From the NCBI GenBank assembly GCA_963746845.1, contig CAVVCZ010000008.1:9385-73384 (forward strand): 64,000 nt of DNA, written 5' to 3'. Source of the DNA: an uncultured Chloroflexia bacterium (GTDB lineage Bacteria; Chloroflexota; Limnocylindria; Limnocylindrales; CSP1-4). The position numbers were made by a program, and so were the translations under genes. Below the pieces are notes generated by a model. The model saw only the letters and a list, made by a program, of their open reading frames with translations, had not been told where the DNA came from and ran no database searches. Shown piece by piece: positions 1 through 8,985 of this stretch (position 1 is its first letter; each line of letters begins with the position of its first letter).

Positions 1-871
1 TGCCCGGCCGGGCATCCCGGACCGTCGTCGCGGTCGTGCCGTCCCCGGTCCCGGATCCATCACCCGATCCGGTGCCGTCCGTCGCGCCTGCTCCGGGGTC
101 ACCGGTGTCCTCCGGACCCGAGGCGATCGGCGGCGTAAGGGTCGGGGCGGTGTCGGCCGACGGCGACGCGGACGGCGGAGCCACGGCGGGCTTCGGGGTC
201 GGCTTGGGCTTCGCGGCCGGCTTCGGGGTCGGGCGCGGCGTCACGACCGGCTTCGGCTTCGGCTTCGCGGTCGGCTTCGGGGTCGACGGCGGGCTCGTCG
301 CCCCGCACCGGTCGGCGAACAGGACCGTCCACATCTTCTTGCCGTCGGGGCCCTTGTAGGCGCCGATCCCGATCACGTCCCAGGCCTTCCCGAGGATGTT
401 CGCGCGGTGGCCGGACGAGTTCATGAATGCCTGCTGGATCTCGGCCGTCGCCTGGTCATCGGGATACGTGTTCCAGCCGATGTTCTCGCCGGCGATCTTG
501 TAGCAGTAGCCCTTCGAGTCGAGGATGTTGAACACGCTGTGGCCGTCGGGCGGGATGCTGTGGCTGAAGTAGTCCCGGACGATCATGTCCTTGCTGCGCG
601 CGCGGGCGATCGTGGTCAGGGTCGAGTCCACCTTCAGCGACTTCAGCCCGGCCGAGGCGCGGGCCTGGTTCGTCAGGCTCACGAGCTGCTTCTCCGAGCT
701 CGAGCTGAACGAGTTCGGCGACCACGCAAGGGTCGGGCTCGGCGACGCCAGCAGCCCGATCGAGGTCAGCCCGAACGCCAGCGCGACCATGACGATGAAC
801 CGGCGCGGCTCGCGTCGGACGTCCGGCCGGAGGTCGATCTGCGGGTTCGCTCGGGCGGGGGCGAGGATCAT
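1..871 (-). CDS. CAP/SCP-domain secreted protein with Pro/Lys/Thr-rich tail (runs off left edge)
   Basis: Manual minus-strand translation: signal-like FIVMVALAFGLTSIGLLA, then LVSLTNQARASAGL...RSKDMIVRDYFSH...AGENIGW...FMNSSGHRANIL, which are CAP motifs. Confidence 0.85.
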   Translation of the reverse strand, partial: MILAPARANPQIDLRPDVRREPRRFIVMVALAFGLTSIGLLASPSPTLAWSPNSFSSSSEKQLVSLTNQARASAGLKSLKVDSTLTTIARARSKDMIVRDYFSHSIPPDGHSVFNILDSKGYCYKIAGENIGWNTYPDDQATAEIQQAFMNSSGHRANILGKAWDVIGIGAYKGPDGKKMWTVLFADRCGATSPPSTPKPTAKPKPKPVVTPRPTPKPAAKPKPTPKPAVAPPSASPSADTAPTLTPPIASGPEDTGDPGAGATDGTGSGDGSGTGDGTTATTVRDARPG

Positions 872-1076
872 CGACGGTTCGGTCTCGTGCGAATCGCCGG
901 CTGGGGATCCGGCGTCGTTCGACCGTAGACACGGACCGCCGCGGAGTCCGCGGGGCGATGGTCCCGAGACCGGGGTTCACGGGTACCAGCGCCCGCACCG
1001 CACCGCCGCGGACGTCAGCCGACCGGTTCCCTCTGCCCCGTGCCGCACCGGACCGACCACCGGTCCGGGCGCGGGT

Positions 1077-2429
1077 TCAGCCCCCGAGCACCTCGGTGAA
1101 AGCCCGGTACGACGGCTCGATCGGGCCGGCGAGGCCATCGCCGCCCGCTCCCTCGTCGCCCAGGGCGAACCGGCGCGCGTCCGGCGTCTTCACGCCGTTG
1201 CCGGACAGGATCGCGACGACCTCGTCGCCGTCCCGGATGACCCCGCGAGCCCGGGCCGCCGCAACCGCGGCGACGGTCACGCCGCCGGCGGTCTCGACGA
1301 AGATGCCCTCGTTCGCAGCCGTCCGGCGGATGGCATCGGCCGTGGCCGCGTCCGGGATCCCCTCGATGGAGCCGCCGGTCCGGCGCGCGAGGTCCAGCGC
1401 CTCGCCTCCGTCAGCGGGCGAGCCGATCGCGAGCGAGCGGACGATCGTGTCCGGTGCCCGGACGGGGCGGATCTCGTCGACGCCCTCGGCGAAGGCCGTC
1501 GCGACCGGGGCGCAGCCGGCCGGCTGGCCGCCGACGAACCGGACGGTCTTCCGCTCCACCAGCCCGATGTCGGCGAGCTCCTCGAAGCCCTTCGCGATCT
1601 TCGTGAACATCGAGCCCGAGGCGATCGGCCCGACGAGGACATCCGGCAGGCGCCAGCCGAGCTGCTCGGCGACCTCGTAGGCAATGGTCTTGCTGCCCTC
1701 GGCGTAGAACGGCCGCAGGTTCACGTTGACGAACGCCCAGCCCTCCTCGTCGGCGATCTCGAGGCTCAGGCGATTGACCTCGTCGTAGGTGCCGTTCACC
1801 CGGACGACGGTGGCGCCGTAGCCCAGGGCGTGCTCGACCTTGGCCGGCTCGAGATCCGCCGGGACGAAGACGAAGGCGCGCAGGCCCGCAGCCGCCGCGG
1901 CCGCCGCCGTCGCTCCGGCGAGGTTGCCGGTCGAGGCGCAGGCGAGGGTGTCGAACCCGAACTCCACGGCGCGAGCCGTCGCGACGGCCACGACCCGGTC
2001 CTTGAAGCTGAGCGTCGGGTTGCGCGTGTCGTCCTTGAGATGGAGCGTCGTGCCGGTCCCGAGGTCCAGGTCGCGGGCAAGACGCGGGGAGCGGACGAGG
2101 GCTGTCGAGCCGACCGCGAGACCGCGCTCCGGGGCATGCTCGACCGGGAGCAGCTCGAGGTAGCGCCAGATCCCGGGAGCCCGGGCGGCGATCGCCTCGT
2201 GGCTCAGGGCCGAGCGGGCCACGTCGTAGTCGTACACGACCTCGAGCGGCCCGAAGCACGCCGGACACACGAAGGCCGGACCGATGGCCTCGAGATGCCC
2301 GCAGGCGCGACAGCGCAGGCCCTGGACATGGGAGCGACCCGACGTCGGGAGCTCGGGCGACGCGCCGGCGCCGTCCGGGGTCGCGGGGCGGGCGGGGGTT
2401 TCGAGGGTCATGCCGATCGTCATCTCCAT
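1077..2429 (-). CDS. thrC: Threonine synthase (PLP fold II) with N-terminal CxxC-CxxC
   Basis: NPTLSFKDR PLP-lysine motif, ASTGNLA, VNVNLRPFYAEGSKT, EGIFVETAGG; start could be 2411. Confidence 0.85.
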   Translation of the reverse strand: MEMTIGMTLETPARPATPDGAGASPELPTSGRSHVQGLRCRACGHLEAIGPAFVCPACFGPLEVVYDYDVARSALSHEAIAARAPGIWRYLELLPVEHAPERGLAVGSTALVRSPRLARDLDLGTGTTLHLKDDTRNPTLSFKDRVVAVATARAVEFGFDTLACASTGNLAGATAAAAAAAGLRAFVFVPADLEPAKVEHALGYGATVVRVNGTYDEVNRLSLEIADEEGWAFVNVNLRPFYAEGSKTIAYEVAEQLGWRLPDVLVGPIASGSMFTKIAKGFEELADIGLVERKTVRFVGGQPAGCAPVATAFAEGVDEIRPVRAPDTIVRSLAIGSPADGGEALDLARRTGGSIEGIPDAATADAIRRTAANEGIFVETAGGVTVAAVAAARARGVIRDGDEVVAILSGNGVKTPDARRFALGDEGAGGDGLAGPIEPSYRAFTEVLGG

Positions 2430-2463
2430 TGCGGAGGTCGTCCGACCGGCCCGGGAAATCGAG

Positions 2464-2487
2464 AGACCCTTCCCGGAGGAAGGGCCT
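2464..2487 (-). terminator. Terminator-like hairpin of the SAM riboswitch expression platform
   Basis: Minus strand AGGCCCTTCC-TCCG-GGAAGGGTCT followed by CTCGATTTC, directly 3' of the aptamer. Confidence 0.6.
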
Positions 2488-2497
2488 GGGAAGGATC

Positions 2498-2603
2498 CCT
2501 TATCTCGCAGGAGGACCTGCCCGGATTTGGCACCGTGCCGGCATTCCTGCCGGTCGGTTGTCGGGCTTCACAGGGCCGGTCCCTCCACCACTCTTGATAA
2601 GAG
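2498..2603 (-). ncRNA. SAM-I (S-box) riboswitch
   Basis: Minus strand CTCTTATCAAGAGTGGTGGAGGGACCGGCCCTGTGAAGCCCGACAACC...CGGTGCCAAATCC...GAGATAAGGG matches the S-box consensus, including P1 TTATC/GATAA. Confidence 0.95.
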
Positions 2604-2620
2604 TCTTCAGTTGTGCCCGG

Positions 2621-2650
2621 ATCGTAGACCGCCCGGGGCGCGGCGGTCAA
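2621..2650 (-). promoter_or_regulatory. sigma70-type promoter for riboswitch-thrC
   Basis: TTGACC-N18-TACGAT on the minus strand just upstream of the aptamer. Confidence 0.6.
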
Positions 2651-2670
2651 TGACGAGCGCATCGTGCGGA

Positions 2671-3471
2671 TCACCGGAGCGCCCCCTCCAGCGCGACCCG
2701 GGCATCCGTGCCGGGATCGCGATCCTTGACGATCAGCGGCGTCGAGATCGACAGGCCGAGGGTCCGTGCCCACTCCCCGGGGAGTGGCCGCGTGCCCGGG
2801 ACGACGATCGCGCCGGGTGGGATGACCAGCGGCCGGTCCGGCGTGCCCGTCAGCTCGACCTCGCGGACCAGGTCGAAGACGCGGGACGTGCCGGTCAGCA
2901 CGACGCCTGCCCCGATCACCGCCCCGTGCCGGACGAGGACGCCGTCGAGAAGCCGGGAGCCGGCACCGACGAAGACGTCGTCCTCGACGATCACGGGCCG
3001 CGCCCCGGGCGGCTCGAGGACGCCGCCGATCGTGACGCCGGCCGCGAGATGGACCCGCTCCCCGATCTGTGCGCACGAACCGACGAGGACATGCGAGTCG
3101 ACCATCGTCCCGGCGCCGATCCACGCCCCGACGTTGACGTAGGACGGCGGCATCACGACCACCCCGGGTTCGAGGTGCGCCCCGGCACGGATCGCCGTCC
3201 CGCCGGGCACGATCCGCCGATCGGCGCCCGGATCGATCGGCGGGAAGGCGGCCCGGTCGTGGAACACGAGCGGGCCCACCTGCCAGGTCGCGGTGGTCCG
3301 GTCGGTGAACGCAGAGAGGATCGCCCCCTTGACCTCCGGCCGCACGCGCCAGCCGTCCGGTGCGGACGCGTCGGGCTCGGCCGCGCGGAGCGTTCCTGCG
3401 GTGAGATCGACGAGGCCCCGTCCAGGGTCCGGGGCCGTCTCGGCAGGGCCCGGCGCCAGCGTCGCGGTCAT
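2671..3471 (-). CDS. dapD: Tetrahydrodipicolinate N-succinyltransferase
   Basis: RIVPGG, VMPPSYVNVGAW, TMVDSHVLVGSCAQIG, IGGVLEP hexapeptide repeats; ATGA overlap with dapA. Confidence 0.9.
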   Translation of the reverse strand: MTATLAPGPAETAPDPGRGLVDLTAGTLRAAEPDASAPDGWRVRPEVKGAILSAFTDRTTATWQVGPLVFHDRAAFPPIDPGADRRIVPGGTAIRAGAHLEPGVVVMPPSYVNVGAWIGAGTMVDSHVLVGSCAQIGERVHLAAGVTIGGVLEPPGARPVIVEDDVFVGAGSRLLDGVLVRHGAVIGAGVVLTGTSRVFDLVREVELTGTPDRPLVIPPGAIVVPGTRPLPGEWARTLGLSISTPLIVKDRDPGTDARVALEGALR

Positions 3472-4448
3472 GCCGACACCTCGTCGAGCGCACGAATCCG
3501 GCCGCCCGCCGCCTCGGCCAGCCCGAGACCACGCAGCGTCACGAGCAGGTCCGCCCGGGCCGCCGGCGCCAGAGGCAGCAGCGGGAGCCGGACGGTGTCG
3601 ACATCCAGCAGGCCCATCAGGGCGAGCGCCGCCTTGACCGGCACCGGGTTCGGACCGCCCGCGAAGTTGTCGAGGAACAGCGGCAGCCACCGATCGTGGA
3701 TCTGGCGCGCCCCATCCCAGTCGCCGGCCGCCGCCGCCGCGCACAGCGCGACCAGCTCACCCGGCACCTCGTTGCTCGCCACCGAGACGACGCCGTCGCC
3801 GCCCAGTGCCAGGATCGGCAACGTCCAGGCGTCGTCGCCGGCAAGGACGGCCACGTCGCGCGGGCGATTGCGACAGATCCGGGCGATCTGTTCGAGGTTC
3901 CCGCTCGCCTCCTTGATCGCCACGACCCGCGGATGCTCCGCGAGGCGGAGGAAGACGTCGACCGGCACGTTCGTGCCGGTTCGCGATGGGACGTTGTAGA
4001 CGACGATCGGGAGGTCGCCGTCGTCGGCGATCGCCCGGAAGTGCGCCTCCAGCATCCGGCCGTCCGGCCGGTTGTAGTAGGGCGCGACGACGAGCGCGGC
4101 GTCCGCGCCGAGATCGGCCGCCCGGCGGGTGGCCGCGATCGTGGCCGCGGTGTCGTTCGTGCCCGTGCCGGCGATCACGGGCACGCGTCCGCGCGACGCC
4201 CGCTCGGCCACGGTCTCGACCGTGAGCGCGATCACGCGCTCACGCTCGACGGGCGTGAGGGTCGGGGCCTCGCCCGTGGTGCCGACCGGGACGAGGCCGT
4301 CGATCCCGGCGAGGACCTGCCAGCGGACGAGCCGGCGAAGGGCGTCCTCGTCCACCGAGCCGTCGGCGGCGAACGGGGTGACGAGCGCGGTGAACGCGCC
4401 GCGGAGCGCGGGCCGAGGCCCGTGGCTCGTGCGATCGAGGGGAAGCAT
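3468..4448 (-). CDS. dapA: 4-hydroxy-tetrahydrodipicolinate synthase
   Basis: GTTGEAPTL, VAPYYNRP, YNVPSRTG, IKEASG, PNPVPVKAAL motifs. Confidence 0.95.
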   Translation of the reverse strand: MLPLDRTSHGPRPALRGAFTALVTPFAADGSVDEDALRRLVRWQVLAGIDGLVPVGTTGEAPTLTPVERERVIALTVETVAERASRGRVPVIAGTGTNDTAATIAATRRAADLGADAALVVAPYYNRPDGRMLEAHFRAIADDGDLPIVVYNVPSRTGTNVPVDVFLRLAEHPRVVAIKEASGNLEQIARICRNRPRDVAVLAGDDAWTLPILALGGDGVVSVASNEVPGELVALCAAAAAGDWDGARQIHDRWLPLFLDNFAGGPNPVPVKAALALMGLLDVDTVRLPLLPLAPAARADLLVTLRGLGLAEAAGGRIRALDEVSA

Positions 4449-4486
4449 CGAAGTCTCCGTTTCGTGGGATGGGTGAGTGGGTCGGG

Positions 4487-5242
4487 TCAGGCGGCCGGCC
4501 GGGCCGGACGATCGAACGCGGCCTCGGCTGTCGTGGTTCGGGCGGCGACGAGGCGGTCGTCGATCACCCGATCGAAGGCATGGATGCCGGGGGCCGGATC
4601 CGTGGTCCGGAGCCAGTCGATGGCAGTGAGTGCGCCCGCCGCGTAGGCGGATCGATCGCGCGCCGTCAGACGCAGCTCCACGGTCTCGCCGGCGGCATCG
4701 AGAGCGACGGTGTGGTGTCCGGGCATCGCCCCGGACCGGACCACCGCCACCTCGTCGACGTCGATCGACAGGTGCGGCGCGATCCGTCGGACAAGCTCCC
4801 GCGCGGTGCCGGACGGGCGGTCGGCCTTCGCCCGGCGATGCCACTCGACGACCGCCGGCTCGAACCCGCCGAGCGCGGCCGCCAGCTCCGATGCCTCCTC
4901 GACGAGACGCAGGAAGAGGGCCGCGCCCGGCGACAGGTTCGGCGCCACGACAGCGGCCGCGCCGGCGCCGAGGAGCCGGTCCGCCACGATCGGCCGGGCG
5001 GCCTCCCAGCCGGTCGTCGCGATCAGGAACCGGCGACAGCCCGCCTCCAGACCGGCGACGAGGTTGCCCGGCACGGCCCGCGCCCGCGAAGCGTCGACGA
5101 CGACGTCGGCGCCGTCGAGCGCCCGCGGGTCGTGCCGGCCGTCGAGCGGATGGCCGAGGACCGTCGCGCCATCGCCGCGGGCCCGGAGCGCCGCGGCGAT
5201 CGCCAGCCCGAGCGGGCCGTCCCCCAGGATGATCGTGGACAT
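4487..5242 (-). CDS. dapB: 4-hydroxy-tetrahydrodipicolinate reductase
   Basis: ATTGW, APNLSPG, EWHRRAKADRPSGTA, G.H.V, A.GAL motifs; RBS GAGGAGG before ATG. Confidence 0.85.
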   Translation of the reverse strand: MSTIILGDGPLGLAIAAALRARGDGATVLGHPLDGRHDPRALDGADVVVDASRARAVPGNLVAGLEAGCRRFLIATTGWEAARPIVADRLLGAGAAAVVAPNLSPGAALFLRLVEEASELAAALGGFEPAVVEWHRRAKADRPSGTARELVRRIAPHLSIDVDEVAVVRSGAMPGHHTVALDAAGETVELRLTARDRSAYAAGALTAIDWLRTTDPAPGIHAFDRVIDDRLVAARTTTAEAAFDRPARPAA

Positions 5243-5307
5243 CGGTGGTGCCTCCTCGTCGTTCCGAGGAGCCACCGGGTGGATGGGAGGCCGATCGTCC
5301 GCCGGAC

Positions 5308-5347
5308 GAATCGAAAGGCCGCGGTCACCGGCTGGGTGTCCGCGGCC
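5308..5347 (-). terminator. Intrinsic terminator-like hairpin of the putative dap attenuator
   Basis: Minus strand GGCCGCGG-A-CACC-CAGCC-GGTG-A-CCGCGGCC followed by TTTCGATTC. Confidence 0.65.
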
Positions 5348-5398
5348 CCTGGAGCCTCCGCGCCCGGAGGCTCCTGTCGGTCGTTCGCTCGCGCGCCG

Positions 5399-5479
5399 TC
5401 AGAGCCCCAGGGCCCGTGCCTCCCGGCAGGGCCGCCAGAGCTTCTTCTTGGCCTCGTCGGTCAGGAAGGTGCGGCGCAT
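5399..5479 (-). CDS. Putative lysine-sensing leader peptide MRRTFLTDEAKKKLWRPCREARALGL
   Basis: 26-aa sORF with AAG AAG AAG (5441-5449) upstream of dapBAD, followed by alternative hairpins. Confidence 0.65.
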   Translation of the reverse strand: MRRTFLTDEAKKKLWRPCREARALGL

Positions 5480-5485
5480 ATGCAT

Positions 5486-5514
5486 ACCTTGCATCGGGAA
5501 TGGAAATCTTGCAA
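5486..5514 (-). promoter_or_regulatory. Putative promoter giving a leaderless leader-peptide mRNA
   Basis: TTGCAA-N17-CAAGGT-N6-ATG. Confidence 0.5.
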
Positions 5515-5630
5515 GCGGCCCGGCGGTTGCGGTTCGGTACCGAACCCGGGCCTCCCTGGTCGAAGCGACGCGCCGAATCCGGTAGACTCCCGTGGCCCTC
5601 GCCCGGCCGCGGCCGACGCGCATGGTGCAT

Positions 5631-5707
5631 GGTGGCCTTAGCTCAATCGGCAGAGCACTGGATTGTGGCTCCAGAGGTCACGGGTTCGAACCCCGTAGGC
5701 CACCCCA
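5631..5707 (+). tRNA. tRNA-His (GTG)
   Basis: G-1, acceptor stem GTGGCCT/AGGCCAC, anticodon loop TTGTGGC, GGTTCGAA T-loop, C discriminator, encoded CCA. Confidence 0.97.
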
Positions 5708-5848
5708 ACGACCTCGTTGGCAGGACGTGGTGCGAACAGTGGTGCGCGCGTTGACCGGATTCACCACGGACGGCTTGCGATTCGACCTGACGTCGGGCAT
5801 TGTGCGTCGCCTCGGGGTACCGTGGAGGAACAGCGTGGTTTGGTGCCC

Positions 5849-6823
5849 GTGAGACGACTGCTTGGGGTCTCGCTCGTTGTCGCATGCCTCGTCGCGGCGT
5901 GCGGATCGAACGCGACCGGACCCACCCCGTCGAGCGTCGTCCTGGCCGCGACCGGCCGGCCGGTCGATCCCTCGATCGGGTCGTGCATGGCCGCCGTGTC
6001 GAGCCTCGCCGCGTTCACGGAACGGCTGGGCAAGGACCTCGCCGCCGTTCGCACGCCCCTCAAGACAACCCCGTTCGACTCGGCCGCGACGGCCGCCGCG
6101 AGCTTCCACGTGTCCGCCACGATCACGGCCTACAAGAGCGGCGAGATCGAGGCGGTCCTGCAGGGATGTCCGGCCACCGCCGTCCTCGCGCCGCGGGTCA
6201 AGAAGCTGATCGACACCGCGGATACGGCCCTCGAACAGGCTCGCGTCGCCAGTATCAACAACCCGGCGACCCAGAAGGCCGCGGCCACCAGCCTCGTCAA
6301 CTTGCTCCCGGAGGTCCAGAAGCTCGCGACCAGGAACAACGAGATCGTCGCAGCGCTCGACCTCACGTCCGGCGTCGCGGCCGGCAGCTCGGCGTCGCCC
6401 GGCGCCGCCGCGGACTGGACGACGGCCGCCAATGCCTACCTCGAGGACACGTACGCCACCTACGGGGCGGCCCGGTCCGCCGCCCAGGAGCTGGCCGGGC
6501 TGGATCCCACCGCGTCGGGGGTCACACCGGACGAGCTGGCCGCGCGCCAGGTCGCCGCCGCAACGGCCTGGACGACGGCCGGTCAGGCGCTGACCCGGCA
6601 TCTCGCGACGATGGACGCCAACGTGGCGCGGCCGTGCTACACCGACGCCTACAGCGCGGACCGAAAGCTCGCCGCACAGTGGCAGAAGCTGCTCGGCGCA
6701 GGGACCGTGCCGGCGGTCGACACCGAGCTCGGCCGGACGGTGATCCTGCAGGCGAACCAGGCCATGACGCAGACGACGGCGTTCCTCACGGGCATGGGCG
6801 CGTACTTCGCCGGCTGTCGCTGA
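5849..6823 (+). CDS. Hypothetical helical lipoprotein
   Basis: Lipobox-like RRLLGVSLVVACLVAAC-G; Ala/Thr-rich helical body; strong GC3 bias. Confidence 0.65.
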   Translation: MRRLLGVSLVVACLVAACGSNATGPTPSSVVLAATGRPVDPSIGSCMAAVSSLAAFTERLGKDLAAVRTPLKTTPFDSAATAAASFHVSATITAYKSGEIEAVLQGCPATAVLAPRVKKLIDTADTALEQARVASINNPATQKAAATSLVNLLPEVQKLATRNNEIVAALDLTSGVAAGSSASPGAAADWTTAANAYLEDTYATYGAARSAAQELAGLDPTASGVTPDELAARQVAAATAWTTAGQALTRHLATMDANVARPCYTDAYSADRKLAAQWQKLLGAGTVPAVDTELGRTVILQANQAMTQTTAFLTGMGAYFAGCR

Positions 6824-6964
6824 GCGCGTCCACCGCGGACGGATCAGCCCGGCGACCCCCCGCCCCACGGAAACCACTGACCGGCCATCCGACGAACCCG
6901 GGACTAGACTTGCCCGACGGCGGCGACCTCCGCCCTTCGCTGGCCGAACCATCGGTTCCGGCCG

Positions 6965-6981
6965 TCTCAGGCGCCTCTCAG
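6965..6981 (+). promoter_or_regulatory. OmpR/MprA-type direct-repeat box
   Basis: TCTCAG-GCGCC-TCTCAG upstream of the HtrA-like gene. Confidence 0.55.
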
Positions 6982-7067
6982 CGACGCCGGGGATGCTCGA
7001 GGGTGAGGCCCCGTCGACGGGGTGACCAACGCTTCCCGTGGCGATCCACACGGAGACCCGCCCTCGG

Positions 7068-7940
7068 ATGACCGGCCAGATGGCCCCGCAGGCGCAGCCG
7101 GATCCTCGGCCATCGTCGAGGCGGACCGATCGCGCGCGGGCGGGCGCGCGCCGGGCGACGCCATTCATCGCCGGGGTCATCGCGACCTTCCTCGCCCTCG
7201 TCGTCTACGGGATCCTCAATCCGCCGCCTGCACCGCTCACCACCGCCGATGTCAACCAGGCCGTGGCCAGCGTGCTCGCCTCCCAGACGCCCGGTCCGCC
7301 CCGCTCGGAGCTCGTCTACGCGGCCGTCCAGCCGTCGATCGTGCTCATCGAGACCGACATCGCGGGGACCGGCTCCGGCGGCCCGGGCGCGTCCGGCTCG
7401 CCGGACACGGCCCTCGGCACCGGCGTCCTGGTCAACGACGCGGGCGCCATCCTGACCGCGCTCCACGTCGTCGCGGACGCCTCGTCGATCAAGCTGACGT
7501 TCCCGGACGGCTCCACGGCGCACGCGACGGTCGTCAGCCGCCAGCCCGATTCGGACATCGCCGTCCTCCAGCCGGACAGCCTGCCACCGACGGCCGTGCC
7601 GGCGACGCTCGGCAACCCGGCGGCGATGCACATCGGGAGCGAGGCCTACATCGTCGGGAACCCGTTCGGGCTGTACGGCTCGCTGAGCGCGGGCGTGGTG
7701 TCCGGGCTCGACCGGACATTCCAGCTCCCGAACAGCACCACGGTCATCAAGGGCCTGATCCAGGTCGACGCCGCGGTCAACCCGGGGAACTCCGGCGGTC
7801 CGCTCGTCGACCGCGACGGACGGGTCGTCGGGATCGTGACCGCGCTCGTCAACCCCACCAAGCAGGACGTCTTCATCGGGATCGGCCTCGCCGTCCCGAT
7901 CGATGTCGCAGGCGGCGCCGCCGGCCTGCCCGCGTACTGA
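7068..7940 (+). CDS. Membrane-anchored trypsin-like (HtrA-family) serine protease lacking PDZ
   Basis: GTGVLV, LTALHVV, DIAVL, IQVDAAVNPGNSGGPL catalytic triad motifs; N-terminal TM helix. Confidence 0.9.
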   Translation: MTGQMAPQAQPDPRPSSRRTDRARAGARRATPFIAGVIATFLALVVYGILNPPPAPLTTADVNQAVASVLASQTPGPPRSELVYAAVQPSIVLIETDIAGTGSGGPGASGSPDTALGTGVLVNDAGAILTALHVVADASSIKLTFPDGSTAHATVVSRQPDSDIAVLQPDSLPPTAVPATLGNPAAMHIGSEAYIVGNPFGLYGSLSAGVVSGLDRTFQLPNSTTVIKGLIQVDAAVNPGNSGGPLVDRDGRVVGIVTALVNPTKQDVFIGIGLAVPIDVAGGAAGLPAY

Positions 7941-7974
7941 GCCGCATCGACCCACCCAGGAGGAGGTGATCCCG

Positions 7975-8985
7975 TTGGAGCCCGAAACGACCACCCGCGC
8001 CGCCGCCCCGATGGAGCGGCTGCTCTACGAGGTGAAGAAGATCATCGTCGGCCAGGACCACCTGCTCGAGCGGATGGCGGTCGCCCTGCTGGCCCGCGGC
8101 CATCTCCTCGTCGAGGGCGTTCCCGGACTCGCGAAGACGATGGCGATCAAGTCGCTGGCGGAGTCGATCGGCGGCGACTTCAAGCGGATCCAGTTCACCC
8201 CGGATCTCGTGCCGGCGGACCTCGTCGGGACCCGGATCTACAACCAGAAGACCGGCGAGTTCACGACGTCGCTCGGGCCGGTGTTCACGAACCTGCTCCT
8301 CGCGGACGAGATCAACCGCGCCCCGGCGAAGGTCCAGTCCGCCCTCCTCGAGGTGATGCAGGAGCGGCAGGTCACGATCGCCCACGAATCCCACCCGGTC
8401 CCAAATCCGTTCCTCGTCCTCGCGACGCAGAACCCGATCGAGACGGAGGGCACCTACGCGCTGCCCGAGGCCCAGGTCGACCGGTTCATGCTCAAGGTCC
8501 TCGTCGGCTACCCGAGCCCGGTCGAGGAGTTCGCGATCGTCGAGCGGATGACCGGCCGGCTCGACAAGATCCAGCGCGTCCTGACGACCGACGAGCTCGT
8601 GAAGCTGCAGGAGACGGTCGACGCGGTCTACGTCGACCCGGCGCTCGTGGAGTATTCGGTGCGGCTGACGAACGCCACCCGGTACCCGCAGCTTCACGGC
8701 ATGGCCGAGCTCGAGCGGTACATCACCTACGGCGCCAGCCCGCGGGCCTCGATCAACCTGATCCTCACCGCCCGGGCGCTCGCCTACGTCCGCGGTCGCG
8801 AGTACGTCCTTCCCCAGGACGTCATCGACATGGCCCACGACGTGATGCGTCACCGGCTGGTCCTCTCGTTCGAGGCCCTGTCGGACAACGTCTCGTCGGA
8901 CCAGCTGCTGTCGTCGATCGTGAGCCGGATCCCCGTCCCCGTCGTCCCGCTCCAGGACCATCATGGCGTCCGCGTCGGCGCCTGA
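7975..8985 (+). CDS. moxR: MoxR family AAA+ ATPase
   Basis: EGVPGLAKT, RIQFTPDL.P.D, LADEINRAPAKVQSALLE, ATQNPIE.EGTY.LPEAQ.DRF. Confidence 0.95.
   Translation: MEPETTTRAAAPMERLLYEVKKIIVGQDHLLERMAVALLARGHLLVEGVPGLAKTMAIKSLAESIGGDFKRIQFTPDLVPADLVGTRIYNQKTGEFTTSLGPVFTNLLLADEINRAPAKVQSALLEVMQERQVTIAHESHPVPNPFLVLATQNPIETEGTYALPEAQVDRFMLKVLVGYPSPVEEFAIVERMTGRLDKIQRVLTTDELVKLQETVDAVYVDPALVEYSVRLTNATRYPQLHGMAELERYITYGASPRASINLILTARALAYVRGREYVLPQDVIDMAHDVMRHRLVLSFEALSDNVSSDQLLSSIVSRIPVPVVPLQDHHGVRVGA

Noticed and set aside
5280-5520. Lysine riboswitch (L-box) or T-box upstream of dapB
   Set aside because: No AGAGGNGC...GCCGAA L-box core or GGTGGNACCGCG T-box motif is visible; the leader-peptide model fits better.
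5631-6823. Genomic island integrated at tRNA-His
   Set aside because: No integrase, no duplicated tRNA 3' end seen and no compositional shift.
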